From Anthoceros angustus (taxonomy: Eukaryota > Plantae > Anthocerotophyta), in assembly GCA_010909165.1 (NCBI GenBank), contig VJWM01000203.1, forward strand, positions 281,471 to 345,470: a DNA stretch of 64,000 bases, written 5' to 3'. The notes beneath the pieces were generated by a model. The model did no database searches and was not told the DNA's origin. It saw only the letters and a list, made by a program, of their open reading frames with translations. Positions 63,340-64,000 of this stretch are shown here, piece by piece (within the stretch, counting starts at the first letter, position 1; each line of letters starts with the position of its first letter). The position numbers and the translations under genes were made by a program.

Positions 63340-63892
63340 GATATAACCCATTCGTACGCATGCCTAAATCCTACATCGTGGGAACCCGATAGTTCGGCGC
63401 CCTGAGCGGCCCCTTCTTGCCAAAAACAACAGACTATGGGTTCTGGACGGACGGTTCGGAAAGAAGCACCATTCTTTACCAATGATGACTGTGAAGATTG
63501 CCTGCAATGTCTTCAAAAGACCTTGTTTACTTAGACTGTGCCTCATCAACCCCGTTCCCTTTTAGTCCTTCCGGGTACTTATGGTAAGCAAGCATGGGTC
63601 GATATGCCAAATTCGATGGCGAACCACGCCTAACCCTTTGTGTGATGGAGACACCGCCCGGACAATTTCATCCCTTATCGACCCTTATTTTCGTGCCTTC
63701 GACCGATGTTGCCCAAAGCAGACGCGACCCATCCCAAACCCCTTCCGACGATATTTGGTTGAAAACCCTCATCGTATATTAACCCCTTCCAAGATTAGCA
63801 TGTTTTGTGTGAATTGAGAAACTCAAACCGGTGCTTGCGTGGAAAGTGCACAAGGAAAACAACGTCTGGTAGAAACCGTGTGGGGTGGCGCC

Positions 63893-63936
<44 letters not shown>

Positions 63937-64000
63937 AGCGAGCGCGAGGTATCCTAGGGACTTTGGCCTCTAGGGAACGGAGTGCAAGGGGTGTAGGGTG
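63340..64000. other. Unrelated sequence interrupting the PPR gene (probable TE or rearrangement), including (GT)n at ~63,894-63,933
   Basis: Abrupt loss of PPR periodicity; family not identified. Confidence 0.45.

Overview
Nuclear genomic DNA of a seed-free land plant, most likely a hornwort; a fern or lycophyte cannot be excluded. The evidence is PLS-class PPR genes including a DYW:KP editing factor, 75-95 nt GT-AG introns and plant tRNA-Leu. Nearly all genes carry scattered single-base frameshifts, many at homopolymers, so sequencing error and true pseudogenisation cannot be separated. All protein assignments are by-eye motif recognition, not database searches. (1) 1-23,020 is dominated by a large CACTA/En-Spm element. 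It has a TnpD/Tnp2 transposase on the minus strand, a CACTACAAGAAAA terminus at 23,020, subterminal TTTACAAC arrays, captured host fragments (COP1, CYP704-like, PPR), and a SET-domain gene directly upstream of the transposase. (2) 24.7-39 kb is a ~7.2 kb tandem duplication of a chimeric cassette: PPR 5' half with OSB-like PDF motifs, antisense LRR, C2H2 fingers. The copies are joined by a templated-insertion junction. (3) 41-51 kb holds a TORNADO1-like LRR-ROC-COR gene and a mosaic of scrambled fragments (TRN1-like, DRP1, TPM-domain). (4) 52-64 kb holds an intron-containing, bacterial-type isocyanide-hydratase-like DJ-1/PfpI gene, a PDF-motif-PPR-DYW:KP gene, a Copia remnant and a truncated PLS-PPR gene. 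The best candidates for undescribed biology are the SET-carrying CACTA and the fusion of an OSB-type PDF nucleic-acid-binding motif to a putative U-to-C editing PPR.
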